This document shows, piece after piece, positions 27,155 to 37,216 of a stretch of DNA of 64,000 nt. The notes under the pieces were generated by a model that ran no database searches, had not been told where the DNA came from, and saw nothing but the letters and a program-made list of their open reading frames with translations. How positions within the stretch are numbered: the stretch's first letter is position 1; each line of letters starts with the position of its first letter. This DNA is from a virus: IMG/VR virus record IMGVR_UViG_3300029258_005088; one strand, 5' to 3'. The position numbers and the translations under genes were made by a program.

Positions 27155-28177
27155 CTACTCCGATTCGACAGTAAAGCCGCCTGGGTGCTTCTCCTTGGTG
27201 ATGCTTACCCGTTGGTTGGGGAACAGTATCGAGGCGCCCAGAACAGGCATGTATCCCGCTCCGAGAGACAGTCCCTCGAAGTCGTCCACGGCTATGTCTT
27301 CGGTGCTTAGATTGATACCATAGGTATCGAAAATTATCTGATCGGGAATTAGAGAATCCCCTTTGGAAACGATCGGAACGGCCTCCGCCGGAGCCGTGTA
27401 GACGGCGTTGTCGGCGGCGATGCACATGCGATCGCCTTCGGTATATACGGCCTTTACCGTGCCTGCCTCGTAGACGTAGTCGGTCTTGGTCATGACCGCG
27501 AGCATGCGCTGAACGTTGCGAACCGTAGCACCCGACACGCGGAGATCCCACGCTACGTTGACGGCTTCCTTCGTCCAGATGTCCGCAGGGCCGCAGACGC
27601 CCACCATTATTCCGTAGAAATCACATACGGCGTTCACGTCCTCGAGAACCTGAAACCCCCACAGCACGTACTGGAAGTAGGTCTGCTGGTCATCTCCGAC
27701 TATGGCCTTCTTCTGGATGGAAGGGATCTTGTCCGGATCCTTAAGAAAAACGATCCAGCCATCGTCCAGTACATAATCGACTCCCAGTTCCAGTATGTCG
27801 CCGGGATCCTTGATGGAAGTGGCTAGATACCTGGGCTCGTATCCCTCGTCTATGGGAAACCGTCTTGGATCACCCGCCACTATTTCCTGCCCGTAAAGCG
27901 CGGCTCCGTCGTATACCAGGCCGTCGTCCCCGTATCTATGGGCCAGGCGGTCTTCCTTCGATTCATCGAAAACGAACAGGCGTATGGACTTGGGCTCCTT
28001 GACCGGGATGGTGTAGCGCGACATGTAAGCGGGAAGCGACTGGATGTCGGCGTTGAGCTCGTCTATCGGAACCGCTATGGTAGTCGCCCAGGCATTGACG
28101 AAATCCGAATCAAGAAACATCTTGTTCCAGAAATAGTCCAGTATCTCTATTACCTGCTGCTTTACTGCCGGTTGCAT
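27155..28177 (-). CDS. Baseplate wedge protein, gpI/gp7-like N-terminal part
   Basis: 340 aa; L.LGVDY....G.I.F and YG..VG motifs; directly follows the J-like gene with a coupled stop/start. Confidence 0.6.
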   Translation of the reverse strand: MQPAVKQQVIEILDYFWNKMFLDSDFVNAWATTIAVPIDELNADIQSLPAYMSRYTIPVKEPKSIRLFVFDESKEDRLAHRYGDDGLVYDGAALYGQEIVAGDPRRFPIDEGYEPRYLATSIKDPGDILELGVDYVLDDGWIVFLKDPDKIPSIQKKAIVGDDQQTYFQYVLWGFQVLEDVNAVCDFYGIMVGVCGPADIWTKEAVNVAWDLRVSGATVRNVQRMLAVMTKTDYVYEAGTVKAVYTEGDRMCIAADNAVYTAPAEAVPIVSKGDSLIPDQIIFDTYGINLSTEDIAVDDFEGLSLGAGYMPVLGASILFPNQRVSITKEKHPGGFTVESE

Positions 28178-29736
28178 CAGAGGACCTCTCTAAGGACTAG
28201 GTTTATCTGATCCGGGAAGCATGCGAACACACAGTTGCGATAGCTTATTCCGGTATCCGTGGGAGCCTTCAAATGGTTCTGGCTACTGGTGTAACGGACG
28301 GTGCCGTCCGGCATGAACACGCGGCCCCTGAGATTTATCGGCATCTTCACGATACCGTCGGGGAAGGCATATCTACAGGCATATACGACGTCGGAGGTGT
28401 ACAACGCCTCCACGCCTATGAGCTTGAGATTGATGACGTCGGATATCGTCTGCTTCAGAACTGACGGTGCAGGAGCGGTGACGCCTCTCGGATACTCTAT
28501 CTCGACGTCCACTTCCGTGACGATGGGGATAGCCGATTTGACGACGTGATCGAAGGCATGGCTCCTGATGGCGGGGTCGTTGAGATAGTCCTGCAGGGAA
28601 CCGACACCGGGCATGTGAACGACGCTGACGATGAAACTCGCCTCGTCGATAGAAGCCTCTACGGCACTCGTCTCGAACTGTATGGACATGGTCTGATACT
28701 GGCTGTACCGAGCGTGGATGGCGGATTCTATCAACGGCCAAGGTCCCTGCGGGTCGTAGTCCAGTACGTAACTTATGCCCGTGCTCTGGAAGGATCCTTC
28801 GTATTCGAAGCCAAGTACCCCAAGGGCGCCTGGATAGCTGTCCGCCGGTATGACGATCGTCCATACGCCATCTTCCTTGGTACCCTCGAGAGTGGCTCTG
28901 GACACTATTGGTATGGGAGCCGTCTTCACGTATACGTCCAGTCTTCCTCCGGAGCTTATGCCGGCATTGTTGGTGGCATCCCTCAGCTGAAGGTCGTCGC
29001 CCATGCCGAACACCTGCGCGTCCAGTACGTTGTAGTTCTCCTGCCTACGGAGAAGTTCCCGTATGTTGTCCCTTCCGGTAACGACGTTGGAGTTGACCCC
29101 GGACTGCGCCCTTTCAAGGAGCTGATCCGTGGTCTCCTCCACCGCGCCTCCGGTAAACGTCGAAGCGGTCTCGACGTCGGATATCCTCGTATTGCCCAGA
29201 TCAGAGGTACAAGCCAGCCCTGCGGACAGAACCGTTTCCAGGGCTTCGGCGGTCTGGGCCGTGATGGCGAAAACCTTCCGGCCATCGCCTACGTCACGCA
29301 TCTGGATATAGGAGATCTCATCCGTATCCTCTTCCACGATTTCCCCGGAAACCCCGACGTAGGATTTGATGGGGAAGAGCTGGACGCCGTTGCATAGGAA
29401 AATGCTGCCGACGGGAACGAATATGTTTTGGTCGGAGTTCGTGTAGACGTTGAGAGTGCCCGTTGCCGAGCGTCCCTGTCTGCGAACTACGTTGTAATTG
29501 GAAAGCAGCGCATCCACCAGGTCCGGATCCGGACTGTCCTGCGCCAATACCAGAGACAGCGCCATATTCTCTCTGACGTTCTCCGCGAAGGCGTACTGAT
29601 CCGCGAACGTCGCCGATGCCGGCTTTATAAGCAGATCGTACAAAACGGTACCCACGTTCCAGTCCAGGGACGGATACTGTTCCGTCAGGAACTGCTGCAA
29701 GGTCCGTGCGATTGATTCTTGTGTTTCAGTTGCCAT
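28177..29736 (-). CDS. Baseplate J-like (gp6-like) wedge protein
   Basis: GTVLYDLLIKP, LLSNYNVVRRQGRSATG, F.GGA.EET..QL.ER and GGR.DVYV motifs. Confidence 0.85.
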   Translation of the reverse strand: MATETQESIARTLQQFLTEQYPSLDWNVGTVLYDLLIKPASATFADQYAFAENVRENMALSLVLAQDSPDPDLVDALLSNYNVVRRQGRSATGTLNVYTNSDQNIFVPVGSIFLCNGVQLFPIKSYVGVSGEIVEEDTDEISYIQMRDVGDGRKVFAITAQTAEALETVLSAGLACTSDLGNTRISDVETASTFTGGAVEETTDQLLERAQSGVNSNVVTGRDNIRELLRRQENYNVLDAQVFGMGDDLQLRDATNNAGISSGGRLDVYVKTAPIPIVSRATLEGTKEDGVWTIVIPADSYPGALGVLGFEYEGSFQSTGISYVLDYDPQGPWPLIESAIHARYSQYQTMSIQFETSAVEASIDEASFIVSVVHMPGVGSLQDYLNDPAIRSHAFDHVVKSAIPIVTEVDVEIEYPRGVTAPAPSVLKQTISDVINLKLIGVEALYTSDVVYACRYAFPDGIVKMPINLRGRVFMPDGTVRYTSSQNHLKAPTDTGISYRNCVFACFPDQINLVLREVL

Positions 29737-30163
29737 TTTCTTCCTGCTCCGGGATCGTGTTCACCGGCAAGCCTACGGAAAGTTCGTCTCCTGCCTTTGT
29801 GGTGACTGTGATGATAATCTCTACTGTGCCTCTCTCGTCCGTCTCCTGCACCCGCAATCGAGCATCCTTGAGCTGTTCGGAGGGATCCGCCGATACGGGA
29901 GTCTCTCTCAGGAGTGTCTCGCTTACCGCCGCAAGGGCGAGGTTGTATCTGTTTCGAACGATCTCGACGTCCGTCAAGTTGATGACCTCTTCTTCGGTGA
30001 GCTCGGTACCCGCTCCTTGGTTGGTCGTCAACGCGCTGTCCGTGAACATCAGCACGACCATCCTCTGCACCAGCTTCTGCGGACCCGAGATGGCGGTATT
30101 GTTCACGCGCATGGCGGCCTTGGTCACGCGAGGATCCCCCAGTACGTTCAGATCATACGTCAT
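29726..30163 (-). CDS. Baseplate gp25/gpW-like wedge protein (145 aa)
   Basis: Start corrected to MTYDLNVLG (ATGA overlap at 30160-30163); ISG.QKL.QR.....FTD......G.G motif; precedes the J-like gene. Confidence 0.7.
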   Translation of the reverse strand: MTYDLNVLGDPRVTKAAMRVNNTAISGPQKLVQRMVVLMFTDSALTTNQGAGTELTEEEVINLTDVEIVRNRYNLALAAVSETLLRETPVSADPSEQLKDARLRVQETDERGTVEIIITVTTKAGDELSVGLPVNTIPEQEENGN

Positions 30164-30564
30164 ACGACACCTCCGAGCGGAATGACGTCGGCCAGCCACT
30201 CGTCTTCCACCTTGACTCCGATGTGCCTGAGCTGTGCCTTGAGAGGACCTCCATCGTCCAGTACCGCTTTTTGTCTCTGATAGTTTCCGGCCCATCTCTG
30301 AGCACGCGTCCTGCGACTGCCCTCGTACATCTTCTGGAACGACGCCAGGAACGCATTGATCTCGAGCTCTCCGACGAGCTCGGCCTGGCTGGCCTCCTTT
30401 CTGCTCATTATCTCGAACACGGCCTTCACGTTGTCGGCAAGCCATGCATCGGTAAGAGCCACCGGAAAGTCGGAGTCCTCGATGCCTGTCTCTCCCTTGA
30501 GAACGTCATCGTACCTGGTCTGGTATGCGGCCAGCAGCTTGTCGCAGAGTTCCTGTATAGTCAT
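30160..30564 (-). CDS. Hypothetical protein (134 aa)
   Basis: Start corrected to MTIQELCDK (TGATG coupling with the sigma gene). Confidence 0.7.
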   Translation of the reverse strand: MTIQELCDKLLAAYQTRYDDVLKGETGIEDSDFPVALTDAWLADNVKAVFEIMSRKEASQAELVGELEINAFLASFQKMYEGSRRTRAQRWAGNYQRQKAVLDDGGPLKAQLRHIGVKVEDEWLADVIPLGGVV

Positions 30565-31271
30565 CACATACCTTCCTGAATCTTGTTGGCTATGCGGCCC
30601 ACGCGCTGACTTACGGCTGCAGGAGATATCTTGAGACGACGGGCTATCTCGGACTTGGGTATGCGCTTCTGCCCGTTTTTCCCGGTAACCCATTCGTAGA
30701 TCTTCTTGTCGATATCGCTGAGATCATGGTAGACGTAGTCCGCCCATATACTCTGGTAGTCTCTGTCCTGGCCGGGGATGTCTCCCTTCTCTCCGGTCAT
30801 CTGGCTACCGCTGACTTCTCCTATGCCCCTGGCTCTCTGGAGCCTTTTCTGAGACATCTGCAGGGCGTCCGCTATCTCGGCATCGCTGGGATCGCGTCCG
30901 TGATCCGTCACGTACTGTTCCTCGAACCTCTTTATATGGCCTGCATCGAGTCTGGTATTCTCCGGTATATGTATTGCCGAGCTTCTCTCGGCTCTGTATC
31001 TCTGCAGCCGCTGGAGCCTGTGATATAGATGGGTGTTGAGAGCGGCTCCCTTGCTGGGGTCGTAGTCTTTGAAGGCTTCCTTGGCTATGATCTTGGCCCT
31101 TATGCCAAGGCCGGGATCGTCTCCTCCGAAACTGCGAAGAGCGGATTTTATGGTGGGCTCCTGTTTCTTCATCAGTATGCCGAGATTCTCCTCGGAAGGA
31201 TTCTTCTTCCACTCCTCCCACTCCGGGACGGCCTTGTTCTTGTCTTTGGTGTATTGACCTATCTTAGGCAT
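30564..31271 (-). CDS. Phage-encoded RNA polymerase sigma70-family factor (FliA/WhiG-like layout)
   Basis: Region 2-like (EAFKDYDPSKGAALNTHLYHRL), region 3-like (GRDPSDAEIADALQMS), region 4 HTH (LSDIDKKI...KSEIARRLKISPAAVSQR). Confidence 0.85.
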   Translation of the reverse strand: MPKIGQYTKDKNKAVPEWEEWKKNPSEENLGILMKKQEPTIKSALRSFGGDDPGLGIRAKIIAKEAFKDYDPSKGAALNTHLYHRLQRLQRYRAERSSAIHIPENTRLDAGHIKRFEEQYVTDHGRDPSDAEIADALQMSQKRLQRARGIGEVSGSQMTGEKGDIPGQDRDYQSIWADYVYHDLSDIDKKIYEWVTGKNGQKRIPKSEIARRLKISPAAVSQRVGRIANKIQEGM

Positions 31272-32884
31272 CAGTCAACCTCTCCGTCTTCTGAGTTGAA
31301 GGTTTCGGTGGGCTTTCTCTTCGGAGTTTCCGGAGCGGCGCTCAGAAGACTCCCGTCAAGATTCATGCCAACCCACCTGTCGTCGAATATCGGATGACCG
31401 TCGTACGTCAGGTTGTCCTTCTCGTTGTCAGTCTCGTTCCTTACGCTGACGGCCTGGACGATGACCGACAGGTCGGGCGAATCCGACATGACGCTGCAAC
31501 GAAACTGGGTACTCGTTACCATACCATGCAAAGAGCTTCCGATAAAGCTTATATCACTGGCTTCGTCGTTGATTAGCTTGAATCTCGTGCCCGGCATCAG
31601 ATCCGTACGCCATGGGAAGTTTATCGTGATGGCGGTCTGGTCGTTCAGCAGCTGGCCGTAGATCGCACGGGCGACCCGTATGCCTACGGTATTGTAGAAC
31701 TCCTTGAGGGATTCCGTAGAATCCGGATCGGGCTTCTCCGACAGGGGCTTTCCCTTGGCGGGCTTGTTCACCGTCCACGCCCGTTCCTTGTACAACCATG
31801 ACGGGAACTGCCGGAAATGGTAGTAGCCATCGATGATGTTTCCGTTGTTCGGACGCGGGAATACGTAGGCTTCCCTCCAGTAGTTGGAGGTGTCCGCGGA
31901 TATGTTTCCGTATGGTATGCCGGCAGGCGGTCGCATGGCCACTCCGTTCACGGGCTCGGACAGGCGCTCGTTCCTGGACTTGGCAAGGCGCAGATACTCG
32001 CCAGACTTTATCTCTACGTCGAAGTTCCTGTCCAGGCTGTAGGGGTTGGCGACGTAGAAGCCGTTGTTGAACGGGAGAATATGCATCATGAAATACTTCG
32101 AGGATGACAGCAGAGACTGCCATGCGTTCTGTTGCCTCCATATATTGGCGAACTTCTCGCCTATGTTCCGAAGAAACATGGTGGGAACGAGATTCAACGC
32201 CTTCAGCTGACAGCCTGGGTAGGCGTTTATCACCTCGTCGGCGATCACCGACAGATCGTTTCCGGTACCCGTATCCACACCCTGGCTCTCGGCATATAGA
32301 CTGGTCGTTATCGATCTCAGAACCTCCGCAGGCCAGTTGTTTGCCTGTGGGTAGTCCTTGAGGAACCTGCTGACGAAGGTCTCTATGGCCAGTATGGAGC
32401 TTGCGGCGGATCCGGAGTCCTGGCTACTGAATACGTTGACGTTCAACTTCTTCATCGCGAGCATTGGAAGAGACTCGTTGCCGTCGGAATATACGAAGGA
32501 TGCGGATGGGGCCCCGGCGAGCTTGACGGCCTTCCCCTGTATGGATATGGACGCTCCCATGCGACGGGACCTCGGGGATGACTCGTCTGTGGTGGCTATG
32601 GAAGATACGTAGCCATCTATAAGAAGCACCTCTTCACCGGCCAGTTCTATGTACAGCTGGGCCGCTTCGTTCTTTCCGATATCGGCCAGAGAATCCCATT
32701 CGTTGATCTCCTCCAGAACGGGGGTTCCCGTAGCGGGAACGACCTGGGCAACGGGTATGGAGTCCATAGCGTAATTGACCACGAAGCTGGATACCGGAAG
32801 CCGCTTGGTGCCTCCGTTGACGGAGGATACGTCAAGGAATCCTCCTTCCACTCTTCGCTGTTCTATGGTCGCTATGTCAGGCAC
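31271..32884 (-). CDS. Baseplate hub protein (gp27/gpD-like)
   Basis: 537 aa; N-terminal F.VNYAMDSIP.A.V; C-terminal P.RTDL.PG..F...G.V; located after the TMP. Confidence 0.6.
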   Translation of the reverse strand: MPDIATIEQRRVEGGFLDVSSVNGGTKRLPVSSFVVNYAMDSIPVAQVVPATGTPVLEEINEWDSLADIGKNEAAQLYIELAGEEVLLIDGYVSSIATTDESSPRSRRMGASISIQGKAVKLAGAPSASFVYSDGNESLPMLAMKKLNVNVFSSQDSGSAASSILAIETFVSRFLKDYPQANNWPAEVLRSITTSLYAESQGVDTGTGNDLSVIADEVINAYPGCQLKALNLVPTMFLRNIGEKFANIWRQQNAWQSLLSSSKYFMMHILPFNNGFYVANPYSLDRNFDVEIKSGEYLRLAKSRNERLSEPVNGVAMRPPAGIPYGNISADTSNYWREAYVFPRPNNGNIIDGYYHFRQFPSWLYKERAWTVNKPAKGKPLSEKPDPDSTESLKEFYNTVGIRVARAIYGQLLNDQTAITINFPWRTDLMPGTRFKLINDEASDISFIGSSLHGMVTSTQFRCSVMSDSPDLSVIVQAVSVRNETDNEKDNLTYDGHPIFDDRWVGMNLDGSLLSAAPETPKRKPTETFNSEDGEVD

Positions 32885-33587
32885 GGTTGAACAACTCCAC
32901 TGCGGACATTACGTATGCCGCCAGGCGTTGATCCCATCTGGGATCCTCTTCCCAGATCCTGGCAAGGGACGGATCCGTCCATACGGGCCTCGTCTTGGAA
33001 ACGCGATCTCTCAGGAAATTCCAGTCCAAAGCCGCCGGCAACGTAGCTCGTATGGTGAATATGTAGAACAGGGATGCGAAATCGCTCCGCATGCGAATGG
33101 ACAGGCCGGGGACTATTCCTATCTTGGAAGACATCCCGTTGGTGACCGTGTAGTTGAACACGGTGTCTCTATAGGTCAGCGTTCCCGCGGACGAATCGAC
33201 GACGCACAGCAGATCCACGCGACCCTGACCTCTTTCCCTAAGAACGTCGTAGTCCACGACGATATCGACACTGAACGGGTCCGGTACGGTGGTCGGTATG
33301 ATATATTCTCCCGGGGCCCCGAACAACGGAAAGGCGGTCTCGTAGCTGTTGTCCGGATCGAAGGTTCTGGCTCTGTCCCCTTGCTCCGAGTTCCACAGGA
33401 ACTGGGTAAGATACTCCGCGTACACCGCTCTTAGATATTCGTCGCTGTAAGGTGTGAGAGCCTCGATCATGTCGCGGCCTTCGTCATTCTCGTATGCATA
33501 CGCGTTCTCCTGGACGAATCTGGAGAACTCGGAGTTTCCGTACGGAAGTCCCTTTGAAAGTATGGAATATATTCTGTTAGTTTTCAT
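32877..33587 (-). CDS. Hypothetical baseplate-region protein
   Basis: 236 aa; overlaps both neighbours by a few nt. Confidence 0.7.
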   Translation of the reverse strand: MKTNRIYSILSKGLPYGNSEFSRFVQENAYAYENDEGRDMIEALTPYSDEYLRAVYAEYLTQFLWNSEQGDRARTFDPDNSYETAFPLFGAPGEYIIPTTVPDPFSVDIVVDYDVLRERGQGRVDLLCVVDSSAGTLTYRDTVFNYTVTNGMSSKIGIVPGLSIRMRSDFASLFYIFTIRATLPAALDWNFLRDRVSKTRPVWTDPSLARIWEEDPRWDQRLAAYVMSAVELFNRA

Positions 33588-34195
33588 GCTAGTCCCTCTA
33601 TGGCGGAAAGACCCGAGCTCCTTACCGGATCAGCTCCCGTGGAATCTCCTTCCAGAGACGCGTATAAAAGCTCGGAAGGAAGGGGCTGAGGGGTTCCCTC
33701 TTCGCTGGCCGGGACGTTCGATCCCGGTATGTTCTTGGTATTGCCCGCTCCTACGAGATTCTGCAGGAGGGCCAGGTACTTCAGATAGAACTTGAACCCT
33801 TCGACGCCGTTCTGGTTATAGTCCTCTATCCGCATGTCCACCAGAAAGCCCTTCATCACGATTCCTGCGAAAGACATCTTCACGATGAGGCCCGTCTTGA
33901 TGTTGTACTCTCTGTAGAACTTCAGAAAGGGAGGATCCCCCTCTACGTCGTTGCCGTTGCAATCCGACAGGATATGGAGTCCCTGAAGATCCCACATGGA
34001 CAGGCGCTCGCTGAACGTATTGAGAAATATGTCGTCTCCCAGGCTGTACATGAGCTGGTAGTTGGGCTTGGATCCTCCGCTGATATTGGTGACGAACAGC
34101 CTGGGATCGTCAAACTCCTCTATGGTCAGTCTCGCCGGCTTGGTATCGGTTATTTCACCCAGCTTGGTCTTCTCGAATAAAATACTCTCTGGCAT
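33584..34195 (-). CDS. Tube-initiator / baseplate hub-like protein (203 aa)
   Basis: Start corrected to MPESILFEK (TGATG with the TMP stop); tube-like motif YSLGDDIFLNTF.ER....L.G. Confidence 0.6.
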   Translation of the reverse strand: MPESILFEKTKLGEITDTKPARLTIEEFDDPRLFVTNISGGSKPNYQLMYSLGDDIFLNTFSERLSMWDLQGLHILSDCNGNDVEGDPPFLKFYREYNIKTGLIVKMSFAGIVMKGFLVDMRIEDYNQNGVEGFKFYLKYLALLQNLVGAGNTKNIPGSNVPASEEGTPQPLPSELLYASLEGDSTGADPVRSSGLSAIEGLA

Positions 34196-36831
34196 CAGTC
34201 GTCTCCTGTGGCGTCTTTGGTGGGCTTGGACACGCCTCCGCCGTTTTCGAACCATGCGGCGATCCGCTTAAGCAGCTCTATTATAACGCCCAAGCCGGTG
34301 GCCGTCGAACCAGGAGCCCCAATGCTCTCGTTGGCCGACGATTCCTCTTCCAAGGCTTTCTCGAAGCTCTTTCTGTCCATGGTGTCGGAGGCCTTCCATC
34401 CGCTCCACTCTCGCTTGAACTGCTCGAACGACTTCGGAGCTCCCGATCCTGACCGAAGGGATTCCTCGTATTCTTCTCCAAGCCTCTGCGCGGTGTTCTT
34501 GAACATCTCCTGGGCAGCCTTGTCCTTTCGAAGACCGCCGGACATGAACTTGACGTCATCTGCCGTTATCTGCTCCATGACGGTAAGGGACTCCGCGGCG
34601 CGTTGTATGTCTTCGTCCTCCATCTTCTTTCCGGATCGCTCCAAGGCCTTGTCTATGTCGAACACGTTCTTGGCCATGTCCCACTGGAAACCGCCTCCGG
34701 TAGCCTCTTCCGCATAGTCTATGAGATCCTGGGTCGTGGTCTCCGTGTCTTCGCCGCTCCGGAAATTCATTATTAGATCTCGGGCCGCCGCTATCTGCTC
34801 TTTCGTCGCCGCCTTCCCTCTGTAGGTCCTCTGGAACAAGGTCTTCATGGCCTCGTTGGCACCCATCTCCGCCATCTGTCTGTTGGCGCGTTCCCGGGCA
34901 GTGGCTTCCTTTCCCAGAGGATTGTCCACGAAGTACGATCTGAGATTCTCGGAGCCGCGTTCGAAGCCCTCGAACATCTCCAGAACCTCGGTACCATCCA
35001 CGTTCCTTCCCGGTCCGCCCAGAACGGATTGAACGAAGCCCTTGACGGTTGCGGGATCACTGCTTCCGGCCATCGTCTTTATGTATTCGTTCAGTCCGAC
35101 GATTCCCCCGGATACGTTGCGTCCCCCGAGAGTTTCCATGAAGCGCCTCCCGGTCTCCGTATCCTCCATTATCCTTCTGGTGGTCTCCGTTTCGTAAGTG
35201 GTCGCCAGGAATTGGTCCACTCCTCTGGCCCCTCCGGTGAATCCGGCTGCCTTCGCCTGCAGAGCGAATCTCCGCATTAGACTGCCCCGTAGGGCGTTGG
35301 CCTCGGCATTGGTTCCGAAAGCCTCCCGCATGGCGTCTTCCGTTACAGGACCACTGCGTAGCTGGTTCATGATGCCTTCCCGTCCCTCGACGTTGTTCAT
35401 CTCCAGTGCATTCTCTATCATGGCCAGTCTGTTGGCCTGCAGGGAAGCCATGTTGTGACGAGCCGCTACCCGCGTGCCGACTCCCATGGCTCTGGCTTTC
35501 TCCGCCTCTGCCGTGAAAGACGCATCCCTCACGTCGAATCCGCTTATCCCTTTGATTCCCGTGCTTCTGGCGATCTCGGAGGCATCCATGTTCATCAAGG
35601 CGTCCGGCTCCATATCGCGAAGATTACGCAACCACTCGTCGGCTGACTCCTTTCCGGCGGACTGTTCGATCAAGGCGTATGCACCGGATATGTCGCGTGA
35701 CATCCCGCTCTGCTGGGCTCCCGTGGTCTTCCTCACGACGTCGTTTCGGAACGCTACCTGGTTCACCAACGGCGACGATATGCCGGCCTGTCTCTGCGTT
35801 CCGAGGATCTGTGCGGAATAGGTGGCCGCGGCAGCCGCTCCCCACGGATCCAGACCTGCCTGCAGGGACACCTGTCGGCTCATGCCTCCCAGTGCGGCCA
35901 TCTGCTGAGGAGCGAATCCCGCCACGGCTCCCGCGGCGGACATGTTCTGAAGGAGGGACCTTCCCTGATCGTCGAAGGTAGACATGACGTCCACTCCCAT
36001 AAGAGCGTTGACCTGATCGAGTACGTCGGTTACAGAGCCCTTGAATATCTGCCTGAAAGCCTGTATGGATCTGGACGCTTCCTTGGTTGCCGCAAGCACG
36101 TCCCTCTGCATGATCTCGGTTTCCGACAGCTCGCTCCCGGGCGCTTCCTCCGCGGCATTCCTTTGTATCGCACCCAGCTGACCGGTCCTTCCCATCTCCG
36201 CGTACAATCTACCGACGTCGGCTCCGCGAAGTCCGTAGAAGTCCTGCGGCTTGGACAGGAAAGCCTCGGTCAGGCTGTCGGCCATGGTTCCCGCCCTCTC
36301 CTGTCTCGCGAGAGTCCTGTCGTCGAAGCCCATGGCGGCCGCTCCGAGATATCGGGAGCCTTCTTCCAGACCCGCCTGCAGACCACCCGGCTGAAGCTGG
36401 TTGAACATGAAGTTGGAAGCCATTCCGGTGAACGTGAACCTACCGGCCATGGCCCTGGCCTGTTCCTCGTTCTCGGCGCCGCCGAACGTCATAAGGTATT
36501 TCTCCGCCTGCTCTCTGCGAAGACGGGAAACGGTCTGGGCGGAGGACGCCATAGCCGTCTGGATGCCGAGATCCTGCTGCTGTGCCATCATCTCCGCGCC
36601 GGCATCCCGGGGACCGAACAACGCAGAGGATCCGTAAGGCATCGAGGCGCCGCCGAACATGTTGATGTTCGAGGACATGGTCTGACCGAAGGCTCTCTGG
36701 AAAGCGTCACCGAGGAAGTTGCCGAGACGCGGATCGCCGATGACCTCCAGGATCACCTGGCGTATCTTCGCTACGTCCGTGTCCTGAAGGCCCGAATTGG
36801 TGATAAAGCGGGTATCATTCGGTGGTTGCAT
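34195..36831 (-). CDS. Tail tape measure protein
   Basis: 878 aa, Ala/Gly/Met-rich and helical; follows tube, spike and chaperones; precedes the hub genes. Confidence 0.8.
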   Translation of the reverse strand: MQPPNDTRFITNSGLQDTDVAKIRQVILEVIGDPRLGNFLGDAFQRAFGQTMSSNINMFGGASMPYGSSALFGPRDAGAEMMAQQQDLGIQTAMASSAQTVSRLRREQAEKYLMTFGGAENEEQARAMAGRFTFTGMASNFMFNQLQPGGLQAGLEEGSRYLGAAAMGFDDRTLARQERAGTMADSLTEAFLSKPQDFYGLRGADVGRLYAEMGRTGQLGAIQRNAAEEAPGSELSETEIMQRDVLAATKEASRSIQAFRQIFKGSVTDVLDQVNALMGVDVMSTFDDQGRSLLQNMSAAGAVAGFAPQQMAALGGMSRQVSLQAGLDPWGAAAAATYSAQILGTQRQAGISSPLVNQVAFRNDVVRKTTGAQQSGMSRDISGAYALIEQSAGKESADEWLRNLRDMEPDALMNMDASEIARSTGIKGISGFDVRDASFTAEAEKARAMGVGTRVAARHNMASLQANRLAMIENALEMNNVEGREGIMNQLRSGPVTEDAMREAFGTNAEANALRGSLMRRFALQAKAAGFTGGARGVDQFLATTYETETTRRIMEDTETGRRFMETLGGRNVSGGIVGLNEYIKTMAGSSDPATVKGFVQSVLGGPGRNVDGTEVLEMFEGFERGSENLRSYFVDNPLGKEATARERANRQMAEMGANEAMKTLFQRTYRGKAATKEQIAAARDLIMNFRSGEDTETTTQDLIDYAEEATGGGFQWDMAKNVFDIDKALERSGKKMEDEDIQRAAESLTVMEQITADDVKFMSGGLRKDKAAQEMFKNTAQRLGEEYEESLRSGSGAPKSFEQFKREWSGWKASDTMDRKSFEKALEEESSANESIGAPGSTATGLGVIIELLKRIAAWFENGGGVSKPTKDATGDD

Positions 36832-37216
36832 TCTCTTGTTCCTTCCTCATGGCTTTCATCTTTCTATGAGCCTCTATCGTTCTATAGTAGAAATCCTCGA
36901 GATTCTTGTCATCGTCCATCATCTTCTGCTCTTCGGACCTCTTGTCCCGCCTCCACGGTATAATGGACGCGTACGCCTGGTCCAGAGCGTCCATGGACAT
37001 CTTCATTTTCTGCTCAGGCCTTATAGGGCCTCCGGCGATTACCTGGGCCCGTACCTTCGCCAACTCGGCTTCACGGCGCCTCTCAGCCTCCATGAGGATG
37101 AGGCCCTCGTTAACCAGGCTGACCGTGTCGTCTCTGCTGATCTCGGACGGATCCAGTGCTTTGTCGTAAATGGCGCTGAGGGTCAGCTGAGCCCAACGCC
37201 CTTGTAAAAAGTCTCG
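36815..37216 (-). CDS. Tail assembly chaperone 'T' part, probably expressed by -1 frameshift from 37183-37812
   Basis: The -1 frame is open from 37216 (after a TGA at 37217-37219) to 36815; it overlaps the upstream ORF by 11 codons containing T TTT TAC (37210-37204). The ORF track shows only the part from ATG 37093. Confidence 0.65.
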   Translation of the reverse strand, partial: RDFLQGRWAQLTLSAIYDKALDPSEISRDDTVSLVNEGLILMEAERRREAELAKVRAQVIAGGPIRPEQKMKMSMDALDQAYASIIPWRRDKRSEEQKMMDDDKNLEDFYYRTIEAHRKMKAMRKEQENATTE

